This document shows positions 45,217 to 54,072 of a stretch of 64,000 nucleotides of DNA, piece by piece. Source of the DNA: Candidatus Omnitrophota bacterium (GTDB lineage Bacteria > Omnitrophota > Gorgyraeia > Tantalellales > Tantalellaceae). The notes beneath the pieces are model-generated. The model searched no databases. It had not been told where the DNA came from and saw only the letters and a list, made by a program, of their open reading frames with translations. Each line of letters opens with the position of its first letter. The first letter of the stretch is position 1. The stretch lies in the NCBI GenBank assembly GCA_043813915.1, contig JBDRKO010000012.1, positions 37,457-101,456 of the forward strand, given 5' to 3'. The translations under genes and the position numbers were made by a program.

Positions 45217-47994
45217 TTATGCCTGCTGCAAATATAGTTGTTCTAATTCGTGGAATTCCTGAGCTCCATCAACAGCTTTAAACGCAGGTGGAAGTGCGTA
45301 TGTATCTACATAATACAATTTAGCCTTTGAGCAACCGTTAACCATTAGTTCAAGCTCCTCAACCGAAAACTTACTCTTTCCTTCTATCAAATTTACGCCA
45401 TATCTCTCATAAATCTCCGTGAACTTATCCATTGTTTCGCCCCTAAGCTCTTCATATTCTTCCCATTCCCTGCTTTCCTTATCTTTTACCACTGATCCCT
45501 TTTTTTGTTTTTCCGGCACCTTATCCCACGCAACACGAAGAGCAGCCAAGGATGCGCCCATAACTGCCGCAGCAGTATAATTGGGAACTGCAACTCCCTG
45601 CTTTGTGCTAGCATCCTTAAGCGCGACAACATATTCTCTATCGTCAATAATCCTATCCTTCGTAATATCGTCCAGGTTTTCCAACCTTATGTCAATCAAC
45701 CCATCTCCGGCTTCCGCCCTTGTATGTAATTTAAAGACGCTTTCAATTTTATCGTTCGGGAATTCATCAATATTTCTTAGTTCATTTTTTACTAAGTCAA
45801 TAACCCTTGCGGCATCTTTACCTTTAAACCCATATCTCATATTTAATCCATAAGCATTATTTCGTGTGATTATAAGTGCTAACCTTTTTATGTTTTGTTC
45901 AAGCTGCTCCTGTTTTTCTGGAAGACTTGTTAGATCTATATACATATTTGTCGGCTGATTTTGAAGAATTCTAGATGTTCTTGTTAATAAATATCTTTCA
46001 TCGTTGTTTTCTGGTTTAATTATTGTTGATTTCATATAATCTGTTTGTTTTTCTATTTTCCTATCAACAATTTCCTTATATCTGTTAGCTAATACTTTCC
46101 ACGTTTTTTTAGATCTTTCATCAGTATATAAGGGTAAATACTTGGTCTCTCTAAAATCTGGTTCGCCAAAATATTTGTTTCTAATATTTTCTAATTCAAG
46201 CCCTAATTCCTTTACTCGCTGTGTCAGGTTTGGCACCTTTTGCCGAGCCATAATATTTTCTATATTTCCCCATATTCCTTCATCAGCATTTTCCCATCTT
46301 CGCTGGCTAACAATTTGGAGAATATTTCTGGTTTGATTGGCTAAAACAATGGTAGTTCTAATAGACTCTGTTTCTTCAGGCGTAATAAACGATTCCAAAC
46401 GAGATATAATTTCATCAAAATCTGGTCCAAAATTTATGCCAAACTTATTTGACAACCCAAAGATTAGATTTGAAATACCTCTAAACTGCAATTTTTTAAT
46501 ATTTTTAATATCAAGTGGTAATTGAGAGGGTTTTCCTTGCCATACCTGTAATTGCCTGCATAAATAGGGATGCACTTCTGCCCACATGCCGTCCAGATCT
46601 AAATGAGATTCAACATCTCGATTAAAAACTTCACTATATGAGCCTTCATTAATTTCAATTATTTGTCCCATTGCAAAATAATGATAAATGTCAAAATCTA
46701 TACGTCTATTTTCTATCTCATTTCCCATCAATAATGTAGACCACAAATCTCGTTTAAAACCAAGCGAAAATAATAATTCCGTAAGCATAAGATTTACTTT
46801 GTCTGGCTGTGGCCCCCAGTAATACAGGTCAACATCTGAAGAGAATGTTTTCATATCTCGGAAATAGATTACTGCAGAAGAATCAGAAGAAACTCCTAGT
46901 TCGTTCCAAACTACTGGCAACAATTGATTAATAACCTTTTCAACAAATGTATTGGACCCTAAAGCAACTTCTTTATATATTACATCAAAGGATTTTTCTG
47001 ATAATATCAATTTTTTTTGCTTGTTTCTCAATTCTTCATATTCTCTTTTTAATGTAGCCAAAATGTCCGTCTTGCCCTGTCGAGTTATTGTTGAATTTTG
47101 CTGTGTTGTAGTAATAGTACTATTAGTGTTCTCCATTCGTACAATATTTTTGTATGAGGATAAATCTTCCCCAAGTAATTCAACGGACATATAACCTAAA
47201 ATGTCTGAAATATGATAGCACGCTGTCCAAGGATTTGTTGGATCGATCCCTAAATTTAACAGAACATCAATTAATCTACATAAAGACTGCTTTTTAACCC
47301 CATTATTAAATAATTCCAAAATGGTAGACACTACTGCGTTATCTGGTGAATCGATAGCCTGTTGCCATAAATTGCGAATTAACAAACTCTCTTCATCCTG
47401 GGGAAACTTTGATATCTTTCCACTTATATGTTTAGTAATCCAGTTTTCATATTTTTTAGTTTTTGCTATTTTATTAATGCAAATTCTATCGTTTTCTTGA
47501 CAAACATTCCCCCAGTTTAATTGTTCCATTGGCAAATGCTCTCTTAACACAGCATCTTCAACACTTATGTCTCTTCCTGCTTGCTTTTTAGTATCCGTTC
47601 TTTCCTCTGTTTGCGTATCATTATATTCAATCTCAAAAATAATATTTTCCTTCCCAATTACGTAAAAATTTGCCCTTACAGAATTTTTATCTCTTTGAAC
47701 CTCTGAAAGAAATTCTATGTTGGCCTTCCCCTTTTCAATGCCTTGTTCATGATCTTCGATTAATATTCCGTTAACAGTTGAATGCGATTTCCCGGCCAGA
47801 AGAAGTCTTACGCCTGCAAGTATTTCAAATTGTGTTTGAAGGGACATTTCAATACCTGCATCTACCAAGGCACTGAACCCTGACTGAGGAGAAAGGGTGC
47901 TCCACATATCTCCATAGACTGGATTGGATGCAAAAATGGCTCCTGCTAACAGTATAGATATTAATTTCATATAGAATTTTCTCGTAATAAACAT
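45217..47994 (-). CDS. Hypothetical 925-aa protein with an N-terminal signal-peptide-like segment (MKLISILLAGAIFASNPVYG); the start may be at 47970.
   Basis: It is a long ORF with no recognisable family. It is terminated by the bidirectional hairpin CCCCTC-taac-GAGGGG at 45066..45095. Confidence 0.7.
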   Translation of the reverse strand: MFITRKFYMKLISILLAGAIFASNPVYGDMWSTLSPQSGFSALVDAGIEMSLQTQFEILAGVRLLLAGKSHSTVNGILIEDHEQGIEKGKANIEFLSEVQRDKNSVRANFYVIGKENIIFEIEYNDTQTEERTDTKKQAGRDISVEDAVLREHLPMEQLNWGNVCQENDRICINKIAKTKKYENWITKHISGKISKFPQDEESLLIRNLWQQAIDSPDNAVVSTILELFNNGVKKQSLCRLIDVLLNLGIDPTNPWTACYHISDILGYMSVELLGEDLSSYKNIVRMENTNSTITTTQQNSTITRQGKTDILATLKREYEELRNKQKKLILSEKSFDVIYKEVALGSNTFVEKVINQLLPVVWNELGVSSDSSAVIYFRDMKTFSSDVDLYYWGPQPDKVNLMLTELLFSLGFKRDLWSTLLMGNEIENRRIDFDIYHYFAMGQIIEINEGSYSEVFNRDVESHLDLDGMWAEVHPYLCRQLQVWQGKPSQLPLDIKNIKKLQFRGISNLIFGLSNKFGINFGPDFDEIISRLESFITPEETESIRTTIVLANQTRNILQIVSQRRWENADEGIWGNIENIMARQKVPNLTQRVKELGLELENIRNKYFGEPDFRETKYLPLYTDERSKKTWKVLANRYKEIVDRKIEKQTDYMKSTIIKPENNDERYLLTRTSRILQNQPTNMYIDLTSLPEKQEQLEQNIKRLALIITRNNAYGLNMRYGFKGKDAARVIDLVKNELRNIDEFPNDKIESVFKLHTRAEAGDGLIDIRLENLDDITKDRIIDDREYVVALKDASTKQGVAVPNYTAAAVMGASLAALRVAWDKVPEKQKKGSVVKDKESREWEEYEELRGETMDKFTEIYERYGVNLIEGKSKFSVEELELMVNGCSKAKLYYVDTYALPPAFKAVDGAQEFHELEQLYLQQA

Positions 47995-48173
47995 AGTTTT
48001 GACATTATACTACTTTTATCTTGTTAGTGCAATAGAAAGTATGTAGCTTTTTCCCTCTTAATTACAATTATCTCTATAGAAGGGAGCTGAGAGTCTTTGA
48101 ATCCCGGCGGAAAGCCCTAAACCCTTGTTAGCTAAAAGACTTAAGGCTTACGCCTGTACATCAATTGTACCGT

Positions 48174-49256
48174 TTATTCTTCTTTCTTCTCTTTTTCGTA
48201 GCTAAATGCCTTAAATCGTTCATGTAAATAATCCGGCCTTAGATGTCTATATCTGCGTGTCATTGATGCGCTCTTATGGCCCAAGACCTCCTGAATGGCT
48301 GTTTCTGGTATATCCCTCATATGAGCAATAGAGCAAAAAGTGTGTCTCAGTGAGTGCACATGAACCTCTTTGATCCTTGCCTCCTGACAGCATTCTTTTA
48401 CTTTTTCCAACACCCTACGATTATTAATTACATGTCCTTTCGTTGTCTGAAACAACAGTTCTCCCTCTGTCAGCATTTGGTCTTCTATAATATTTTTTAT
48501 TTCATCGGCAATAGGGGCATATCTGTTCTCTTTATTTTTCGGGTGCCACTCTTTGCCGTCTACTTCTTTCCCGCGGATATACAATAGCGATCTTGCTAAA
48601 TCTACATCATCCTTAGTTAAATGAAGCACTTCGTTGACTCTCATACCTGTAAATAGTATCGTTGCTACGATTTCAAAATAAGGCACTTTATAATCTTTTT
48701 CTTTCATCTTTTTCAGAAGCAGAATAGCTTCTTCTTCTGTTAGATTTTCGACATGTGGTGTTGCCACTTTCTTTGGGGATGTAGCTACTGTGGGATTATT
48801 ATTAGTCCACTTGCGCGCTATAGCATATCTGAACAGGTTAGAAATTACCATCCTCTCCATGTTCCAGGTTCTCCTGGCTATCCCTCTTTCTGTCCGGGAA
48901 TAAAGGTACTCTTCTATCATGCCTGTGTTAATGTCGCTAATATTGCTCACCTTTTTTATTTCAGCAAACTCCTGAAACATCTTTATTATGCCCTGGTACC
49001 TTCTCTTAGATTCTCTTGTAGTAAGATCTGTATCAAACTTACTTCGCAGATAGCTTCTAACTACCATCTTAAAATCCGCTCCCTGCACATATCCGTCTTT
49101 TCTTTTTTGCGCTCTCTGCAACTGATTATCTTTTGCCATACGCTCTGCTTCAGATTTATTGTATGATAAGAATTTCCATACAGCTTTACCAAATTCAGTA
49201 GGACGTATGTAATATCCCTTACATCCTGCCCTGGTAACAATCTTTAATTTCTTCAT
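48174..49256 (-). CDS. Tyrosine-type site-specific recombinase (integrase).
   Basis: Its C-terminal catalytic motifs are HSLRHTF and GH...MTRRYRHL with the catalytic Tyr. The N-terminus is a SAM-like domain. Confidence 0.9.
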   Translation of the reverse strand: MKKLKIVTRAGCKGYYIRPTEFGKAVWKFLSYNKSEAERMAKDNQLQRAQKRKDGYVQGADFKMVVRSYLRSKFDTDLTTRESKRRYQGIIKMFQEFAEIKKVSNISDINTGMIEEYLYSRTERGIARRTWNMERMVISNLFRYAIARKWTNNNPTVATSPKKVATPHVENLTEEEAILLLKKMKEKDYKVPYFEIVATILFTGMRVNEVLHLTKDDVDLARSLLYIRGKEVDGKEWHPKNKENRYAPIADEIKNIIEDQMLTEGELLFQTTKGHVINNRRVLEKVKECCQEARIKEVHVHSLRHTFCSIAHMRDIPETAIQEVLGHKSASMTRRYRHLRPDYLHERFKAFSYEKEKKEE

Positions 49257-49495
49257 ATTAAGCGCCTCCTGTTATTATCAACCTTAAAATCTTTCATCAC
49301 ATCTTCTGGGTCAAATCTTAATGCATTACCTATCTTGATGTATGAAATAAGATTTTGCGAGGTCATCCTGTAAAGTTTTGATAACTTGATCTGGTACATC
49401 TCACAGATTTCCTTTGCTGTAAGATACTGTTTACTTAAGTACTTATTACTCATTTTCTTAATATCCTTTTTTGTATCTATGTCTATTAGGCACAC
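49253..49495 (-). CDS. Helix-turn-helix excisionase/AlpA-like DNA-binding protein.
   Basis: It is 80 aa with the HTH YLTAKEICEMYQIKLSKLYRM. Its stop overlaps the integrase start. Confidence 0.6.
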   Translation of the reverse strand: MCLIDIDTKKDIKKMSNKYLSKQYLTAKEICEMYQIKLSKLYRMTSQNLISYIKIGNALRFDPEDVMKDFKVDNNRRRLI

Positions 49496-50558
49496 TTTAC
49501 CCTAGAGCTATAAGTCGCCCGAGAATTCATAAAATCCCCGTTGTGCCTAGTTTATAGACGCACGAATAGCCTCTATAGTTGCAAAACATAAGCAACTACA
49601 CTTAACTATTGTTAATGATTATGGTTAGATTTTTGTCTGGCAAAGAAAAGGTAGGATTCTCTGCATAAACAATAAAAATAGAGGTCTTATGTAAACGACC
49701 TCTTTCGGGTGTGTTTTTTCTTGATATAACTAAGTAACTTTCTTAGCTTCACTATTATTATATCACTGAAATACGGTTTTTTCAACCACCCCACAAAACC
49801 CCTACCCCGTGGGCGTTTGCTCTCCAAAAAAGCAACTACCAACATCTTTCCTGTCATGACCTTAACTTTCATGCGACCACTCTCCTTTCTTTTGTGAACG
49901 TTTAATTATGTTCACTAATTGTTGATTTTCTTATAGAAAGAAGAAGAACCGGTGCTAAAAGGCACATGGGGCACGAAACAGGAACAACTAGAATATGCTA
50001 ATCGTATATAGGACCTCAGGAATTTTCCAGGATATATTCTTTCTAATGGAGTTTAGTTTTTACTGTTTGATTTTATTTTCAGCCTTTTATAAATTCTCCG
50101 GTTTTGTCTGTTAGTATATAAGTGTAAGACAAGGAAAGAGTGGAGGACAGTGATCGGCAAGATCAAGATGGTAGTGACGACAGTCACCTCATCAACATGA
50201 GGCGTTCGCAAACAGTGATTTTACACTTATGATGTTACGGGATATTTTATCTATTTTTTATGATTAGCGAACGACCCACGCAGGAACAAATATGTAGGCC
50301 TATTTGAGCAAATGGTGAAATTAGGTATGGCTTCCATAATAAACTACAAGGCATCCATAGGAGAACATGAAAGAATATCTTATACCCGATAATAGGCCAT
50401 CTAAGAAGCTAAATAGGCTTCCAATGGCTTCTAAGAAAACATGTCATATTCGCATAAGGAATGTTGTTCTGCCGCCAAACTTTGGAAAGATAGCTATGGA
50501 TTTACACGCGCGGAGAATAAATCATCAGGTGATTGATGTGAAAGAGAAGACGGAACAC

Positions 50559-52046
50559 TTATTCGGAGCTAATTGATCCTATTATTCCAGATAAAAAAAT
50601 CTGATCTCGTGCTTTCTTTTTTAATTCATCGCTGGGGTTTGCGTAAACCTTTTTACATATGTCAAACAAAACTCTCGTATCGAGAAGACCTATGCTTGCT
50701 TCCCTTGCACCTTCCAGCGCAGCAGGATCTGAGTAAAAATTTCCTCTGTTATTTGGAGCTTTATCTCTCTGATAGTTTAGGATTAGAAGTCCTGGTGGTG
50801 ATACATTTTTGATAAGCTTACTATATCGAAGCATATGATTTTTGACTTGCTCCACATATTCGTTACATGGTCCCCGGGTAACACCTTTTGCCTCACATAA
50901 GATTTCTTTGCCGTCCGCCTTCAGTATAAAATCATTGATTAAAGCCTTATCTTCTTTCTCTAGCATCGCATCCATGTCAACAACTTCAAACCCTAACCAT
51001 TCTAGTGTCTTTTTTAATGGTGGTTTTAACTTTTCTTCCTCGTCAACCTTGTCATCATCTCCGTTAGTCAAAAGAGCTCTAAAATGTTTAGAGTTTTCTC
51101 TAGCACTACTGCGTTTAGATTCTAGGTCTTCTATTTTCCCATTAAAGGTTTCTCTTACTTCTTTTTTCTCATTGATAATTCGTATTTCGTCCGAAAATTT
51201 ATACGTCTCTGTATCAAGCCAAAGGCCTTCTTGATAATCCTTACTAAATAGAGCTTCGGGAGATAGCGCAGGTAGCTCTCTAAGAATATGTTTTATTATA
51301 TTTATGTTGACCGCTTTAAAGTCTGGGAAAAACCCAACATTCCCACCATTCGGTAAATGACAAAAATAACTATGTACTAAGGTATTTTCTCCCAGAGCAA
51401 AAAACTTATCGCCTTCACCTATGTGGTCTTTTACGCAATTAAAATGCATTCCCCTTAACAGGTCAACAGAATGCCCTAATGCACCTGTCATAAGCTGTTC
51501 TATATAATTTCCTACGGCTTCGACTTTTGGTTCTGTACGAAAGAATAGATCATACTCCTCGTCCGTATCCCCTTGCGTATAAGTTATCTTCCCTCCTTTG
51601 ATGTCTAGTAGTTTCTTTACCAACAAATCATCTTCTTCAATCCTTGTCTCGCCCATAAAAACTAACACTGTCCCATTTTTTTTCAAAACTTCTGTCCCCA
51701 AACTGTATAATCCTTCCAGGCCACAACATGAGTCACTGTTACGTTTTGGAAAGCCACATATTAAACCGTGAGACTTATAAGAATATTTCTTGTATTCACA
51801 AAATGAGTTTATGCGAACTGATTCTTCGGCATCAGATGGAACTGTTGGCATGTTGTAACAACTCCTATACGCAACAATATCCACCCGGTGTGGATCTGTC
51901 GGAATATTTAATAAATCTCCGTTTAGACCAGTAGCTCCTAAATGAACTTTGTAGCCATAGTCCCTTAAAGTTTGTGCCTCTGTCGGACTAAAATCGATTA
52001 GGAGTATTCTTGGACGTATAGTTTTTTCTATATTAAAAATCTTCAT
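50559..52046 (-). CDS. Hypothetical 495-aa protein. Its C-terminal region may carry a PD-(D/E)xK-like nuclease signature (D..EAK).
   Basis: It is a long ORF in the island. The C-terminus reads DFILKADGKEILCEAKG. No family is recognised. Confidence 0.65.
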   Translation of the reverse strand: MKIFNIEKTIRPRILLIDFSPTEAQTLRDYGYKVHLGATGLNGDLLNIPTDPHRVDIVAYRSCYNMPTVPSDAEESVRINSFCEYKKYSYKSHGLICGFPKRNSDSCCGLEGLYSLGTEVLKKNGTVLVFMGETRIEEDDLLVKKLLDIKGGKITYTQGDTDEEYDLFFRTEPKVEAVGNYIEQLMTGALGHSVDLLRGMHFNCVKDHIGEGDKFFALGENTLVHSYFCHLPNGGNVGFFPDFKAVNINIIKHILRELPALSPEALFSKDYQEGLWLDTETYKFSDEIRIINEKKEVRETFNGKIEDLESKRSSARENSKHFRALLTNGDDDKVDEEEKLKPPLKKTLEWLGFEVVDMDAMLEKEDKALINDFILKADGKEILCEAKGVTRGPCNEYVEQVKNHMLRYSKLIKNVSPPGLLILNYQRDKAPNNRGNFYSDPAALEGAREASIGLLDTRVLFDICKKVYANPSDELKKKARDQIFLSGIIGSISSE

Positions 52047-52313
52047 ATCTTAGATTATACAACTAACTCCCGATAGTCTCAAGCTACAAAAGAGTTATAC
52101 TCAAACTGGCTTCATTTGTCCAATCTATTTTCCTTATTTACCTGTACAACAATTGGACAGTTTTGGACAATTTGTACATGTTTTGTACAGTATTACCAGC
52201 AAATGGAAACAACTACCCACAACTAAAAGAAAAAGCCCAAACCCTTGATTTACAAAGATTTGAGCTCTTTCTTTTTTGTTTTTATGGGCTTCTGGAAATA
52301 CCCAAAAAGATCT

Positions 52314-52388
52314 TGGCTGGGATGCCTGGACTCGAACCAGAAACGGATGATCCAGAGTCATCTGTGTTACCAATTACACCACATCCCA
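52314..52388 (-). tRNA. tRNA-Gln (anticodon CTG).
   Basis: The reverse complement folds as TGGGATG/CATCCCA acceptor, D-arm GTGT..ACAC, anticodon stem GATGA-CTCTGGA-TCATC, and T-arm TCTGG-TTCGAGT-CCAGG, with discriminator G and CCA. Confidence 0.85.
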
Positions 52389-52395
52389 GCGTGAT

Positions 52396-52647
52396 TTATT
52401 TAATTGATTCTCGCAGTATTTGTCTTAAACTGCTTCTTCCTTTCGTTGTCTTAAAATACCGTTCTCTTCTCAAGCTATCTTTTTTATCAAAAAATGCTTC
52501 ATAAAATACTAACTCCGGGTCTTTCATTCTGCTGCTTGTATGGCCTTCACCCTTCTTATGTTCCGTTATTCTTCTCTCTATGTTCCCGGTTGATCCTATG
52601 TAAAACTTTTCACTTTCCTTACTCCGCAGTACATACACATAATGCAT
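52396..52647 (-). CDS. Small stand-alone GIY-YIG nuclease-family protein.
   Basis: The N-terminus HYVYVLRSKESEKFYIGSTGNIERRITEH contains GIY..10..YIG and the conserved Arg. An AAGGA RBS precedes it. Confidence 0.8.
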   Translation of the reverse strand: MHYVYVLRSKESEKFYIGSTGNIERRITEHKKGEGHTSSRMKDPELVFYEAFFDKKDSLRRERYFKTTKGRSSLRQILRESIK

Positions 52648-52719
52648 TTTTTATACATCCTTGATCCAGCCCAGAACCGCTTAGGGTTCTGGGCTACCCG
52701 GCATCCTTTGTGGTGCCGG

Positions 52720-52791
52720 GCAGAGTCATCTGTGTTACCAATTACACTTGCCGTATACCCCACGAGGTATGCGGCCACATCCCAGCGTGAG
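52720..52791 (-). pseudogene. Duplicated 5' half of tRNA-Gln (acceptor through anticodon stem), carrying a 28-nt hairpin insertion in the D-arm.
   Basis: Nt 52720..52750 and 52779..52791 match 52355..52394. The inserted ttgccgtataccccacgaggtatgcggc forms the hairpin CCGCATACC/GGTATACGG. Confidence 0.75.
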
Positions 52792-52906
52792 GGTTATTAT
52801 ACTATAATAGCTTTATTTTAAAAAGTTTTTTGTGGTATACTTTTGAAATAGCGTATCGTATATGCGTAGTTAAGTAAAAACACCAAGGAACGGGGGGATA
52901 TGTATA

Positions 52907-53080
52907 ATGACAAAAGAGCCTAAAAATTACGCTTATTGGAAAAGTATTCTAGATAACGAAGAAAAAGCGGCGGAATTTATAGTGAAAGGCAGCGAACGGC
53001 AAAAAAAAGAACTTAAAAAAGTGTTTAAATATATGGAGATGAAAAAGGAAAAGGAACAGGCCGATCTATTTCCGGGGTAG
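52907..53080 (+). CDS. Possible small protein of 57 aa (MTKEPKNYAYWKSILDNEEKAAEFIVKGSERQKKELKK...).
   Basis: It is an ORF below the ORF-track cutoff, preceded by GGAACGGGGGG and followed by a terminator at 53106. Confidence 0.3.
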   Translation: MTKEPKNYAYWKSILDNEEKAAEFIVKGSERQKKELKKVFKYMEMKKEKEQADLFPG

Positions 53081-53105
53081 GCCGTATCTAGATCAAAGCT
53101 AATGA

Positions 53106-53130
53106 ACCCTCACTAATCGTGGGGTTTTTT
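53106..53130 (+). terminator. Intrinsic terminator CCTCAC-taatc-GTGGGG plus T6. An inverted, near-identical copy lies at 44876..44906.
   Basis: The sequence is aatgaaccctcactaatcgtggggtttttt. The reverse complement of 44876..44906 is ctgaatgaaccctcactaatcgtgggggtttttt. Confidence 0.6.
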
Positions 53131-53156
53131 GTTTCGGTAAATTTGGGGCTAAATTC

Positions 53157-53211
53157 GGGACGTTTCCTAATTAATAAGAGATTAGAAAGCAAGCAAATAG
53201 GGAAACGTCCC
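53157..53211. repeat. Palindromic element of 55 nt: GGGACGTTTCC(C)TATT - a 24-nt loop (aataagagattagaaagcaagca) - AATAGGGAAACGTCCC. This is copy 1.
   Basis: It is near-identical to 58356..58410. Confidence 0.85.
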
Positions 53212-53301
53212 TGATTTATCCCTGATTTAAACGTCTCAAATTTAATTGCAGACGTGTTTACACAAATATAGTATTATAATCATATTAACCATGATCGAAT
53301 T

Positions 53302-54072
53302 ATGAAAAAAGGACTAAAAAAAATCTTCATGTTCTCTGTTTCGACCTGTCTTTTGATCGCGTATCAAGCGGAGGCAGGAGAGGTCGGCAAGAGAGATTTT
53401 ACCGAAAAAATAGAGATCCCCGCCAATGCGTCAGGCGATAGCAAGTTTGAGGCCTACCTTACACATAAACGAGCCTATAAACTTCTTAAAGAATACCAAG
53501 CTAGTGGAGACCTAGATAAGCTCTATATAGCCTTGAATCTTGCCGGTGAAGCACTCGTCTTAGATCCTGGAGAATCCCGTTACTGGGTGACTTTAGGTGA
53601 TATTCATTCTGAAATGACTAAATTCAATATATTCCGTGCGGGCGAGTGGGCTGAGCAAGCATACCAGGAAGCCCTTGTCTTAAATCCTGAAGATACAACT
53701 ACTATGGTGCTATTAGGGATCAGTCTTGCAAAAAGCGGTGACTATAAAGAGGCCCTGCAGTATTTAGAACCGGCGCTTACCGATGATACCTATTTGATGA
53801 CATATGCTATCGGGCAGTGGTTGAATCTATGTTATCTTGCCGGCAGCCAGACTAAACGCGGCACTATATATTATGAGGAGTTTTTAAATGTCAACCCGGA
53901 GTTTTATTATTTAAGGTTATATAAAGCTTTTCTTTATAAAGCGCATTTTGATTATGTGAATGTCGAAAAAGAATTAAAGATCATTTTGGCCGATAAAGAA
54001 GCAGACTCTAAAACCAAAGAGTTTGCCTCTAATCTCCTGAAAGACCTCAAGACAGAGGAGGCCAAAGGGTAA
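53302..54072 (+). CDS. Secreted TPR-repeat protein.
   Basis: It has a signal peptide MKKGLKKIFMFSVSTCLLIAYQA and TPR-like helices (AYQEALVLNPED...GDYKEALQYLEPAL). Confidence 0.7.
   Translation: MKKGLKKIFMFSVSTCLLIAYQAEAGEVGKRDFTEKIEIPANASGDSKFEAYLTHKRAYKLLKEYQASGDLDKLYIALNLAGEALVLDPGESRYWVTLGDIHSEMTKFNIFRAGEWAEQAYQEALVLNPEDTTTMVLLGISLAKSGDYKEALQYLEPALTDDTYLMTYAIGQWLNLCYLAGSQTKRGTIYYEEFLNVNPEFYYLRLYKAFLYKAHFDYVNVEKELKIILADKEADSKTKEFASNLLKDLKTEEAKG

Larger units (their letters stand above)
45122..52313 (-). mobile_element. Integrative element of about 7.2 kb inserted at the 3' end of tRNA-Gln. It carries an integrase, an excisionase, and two large cargo genes of unknown function.
   Basis: It is bounded by 19-nt direct repeats of the tRNA 3' end. 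Its genes have visibly more AT-rich codon usage than the flanking genes. Confidence 0.65.

Noticed and set aside
49687-49872. 61-aa minus-strand ORF in the island non-coding stretch, as a possible phage repressor.
   Set aside because: It has no HTH-like motif and no RBS, and it overlaps the bidirectional terminator. Evidence is insufficient.
52314-52791. Group I intron with a GIY-YIG homing endonuclease inside tRNA-Gln.
   Set aside because: The downstream tRNA copy is complete, with both halves contiguous, so the tRNA is not split. Instead the 5' half is duplicated upstream.
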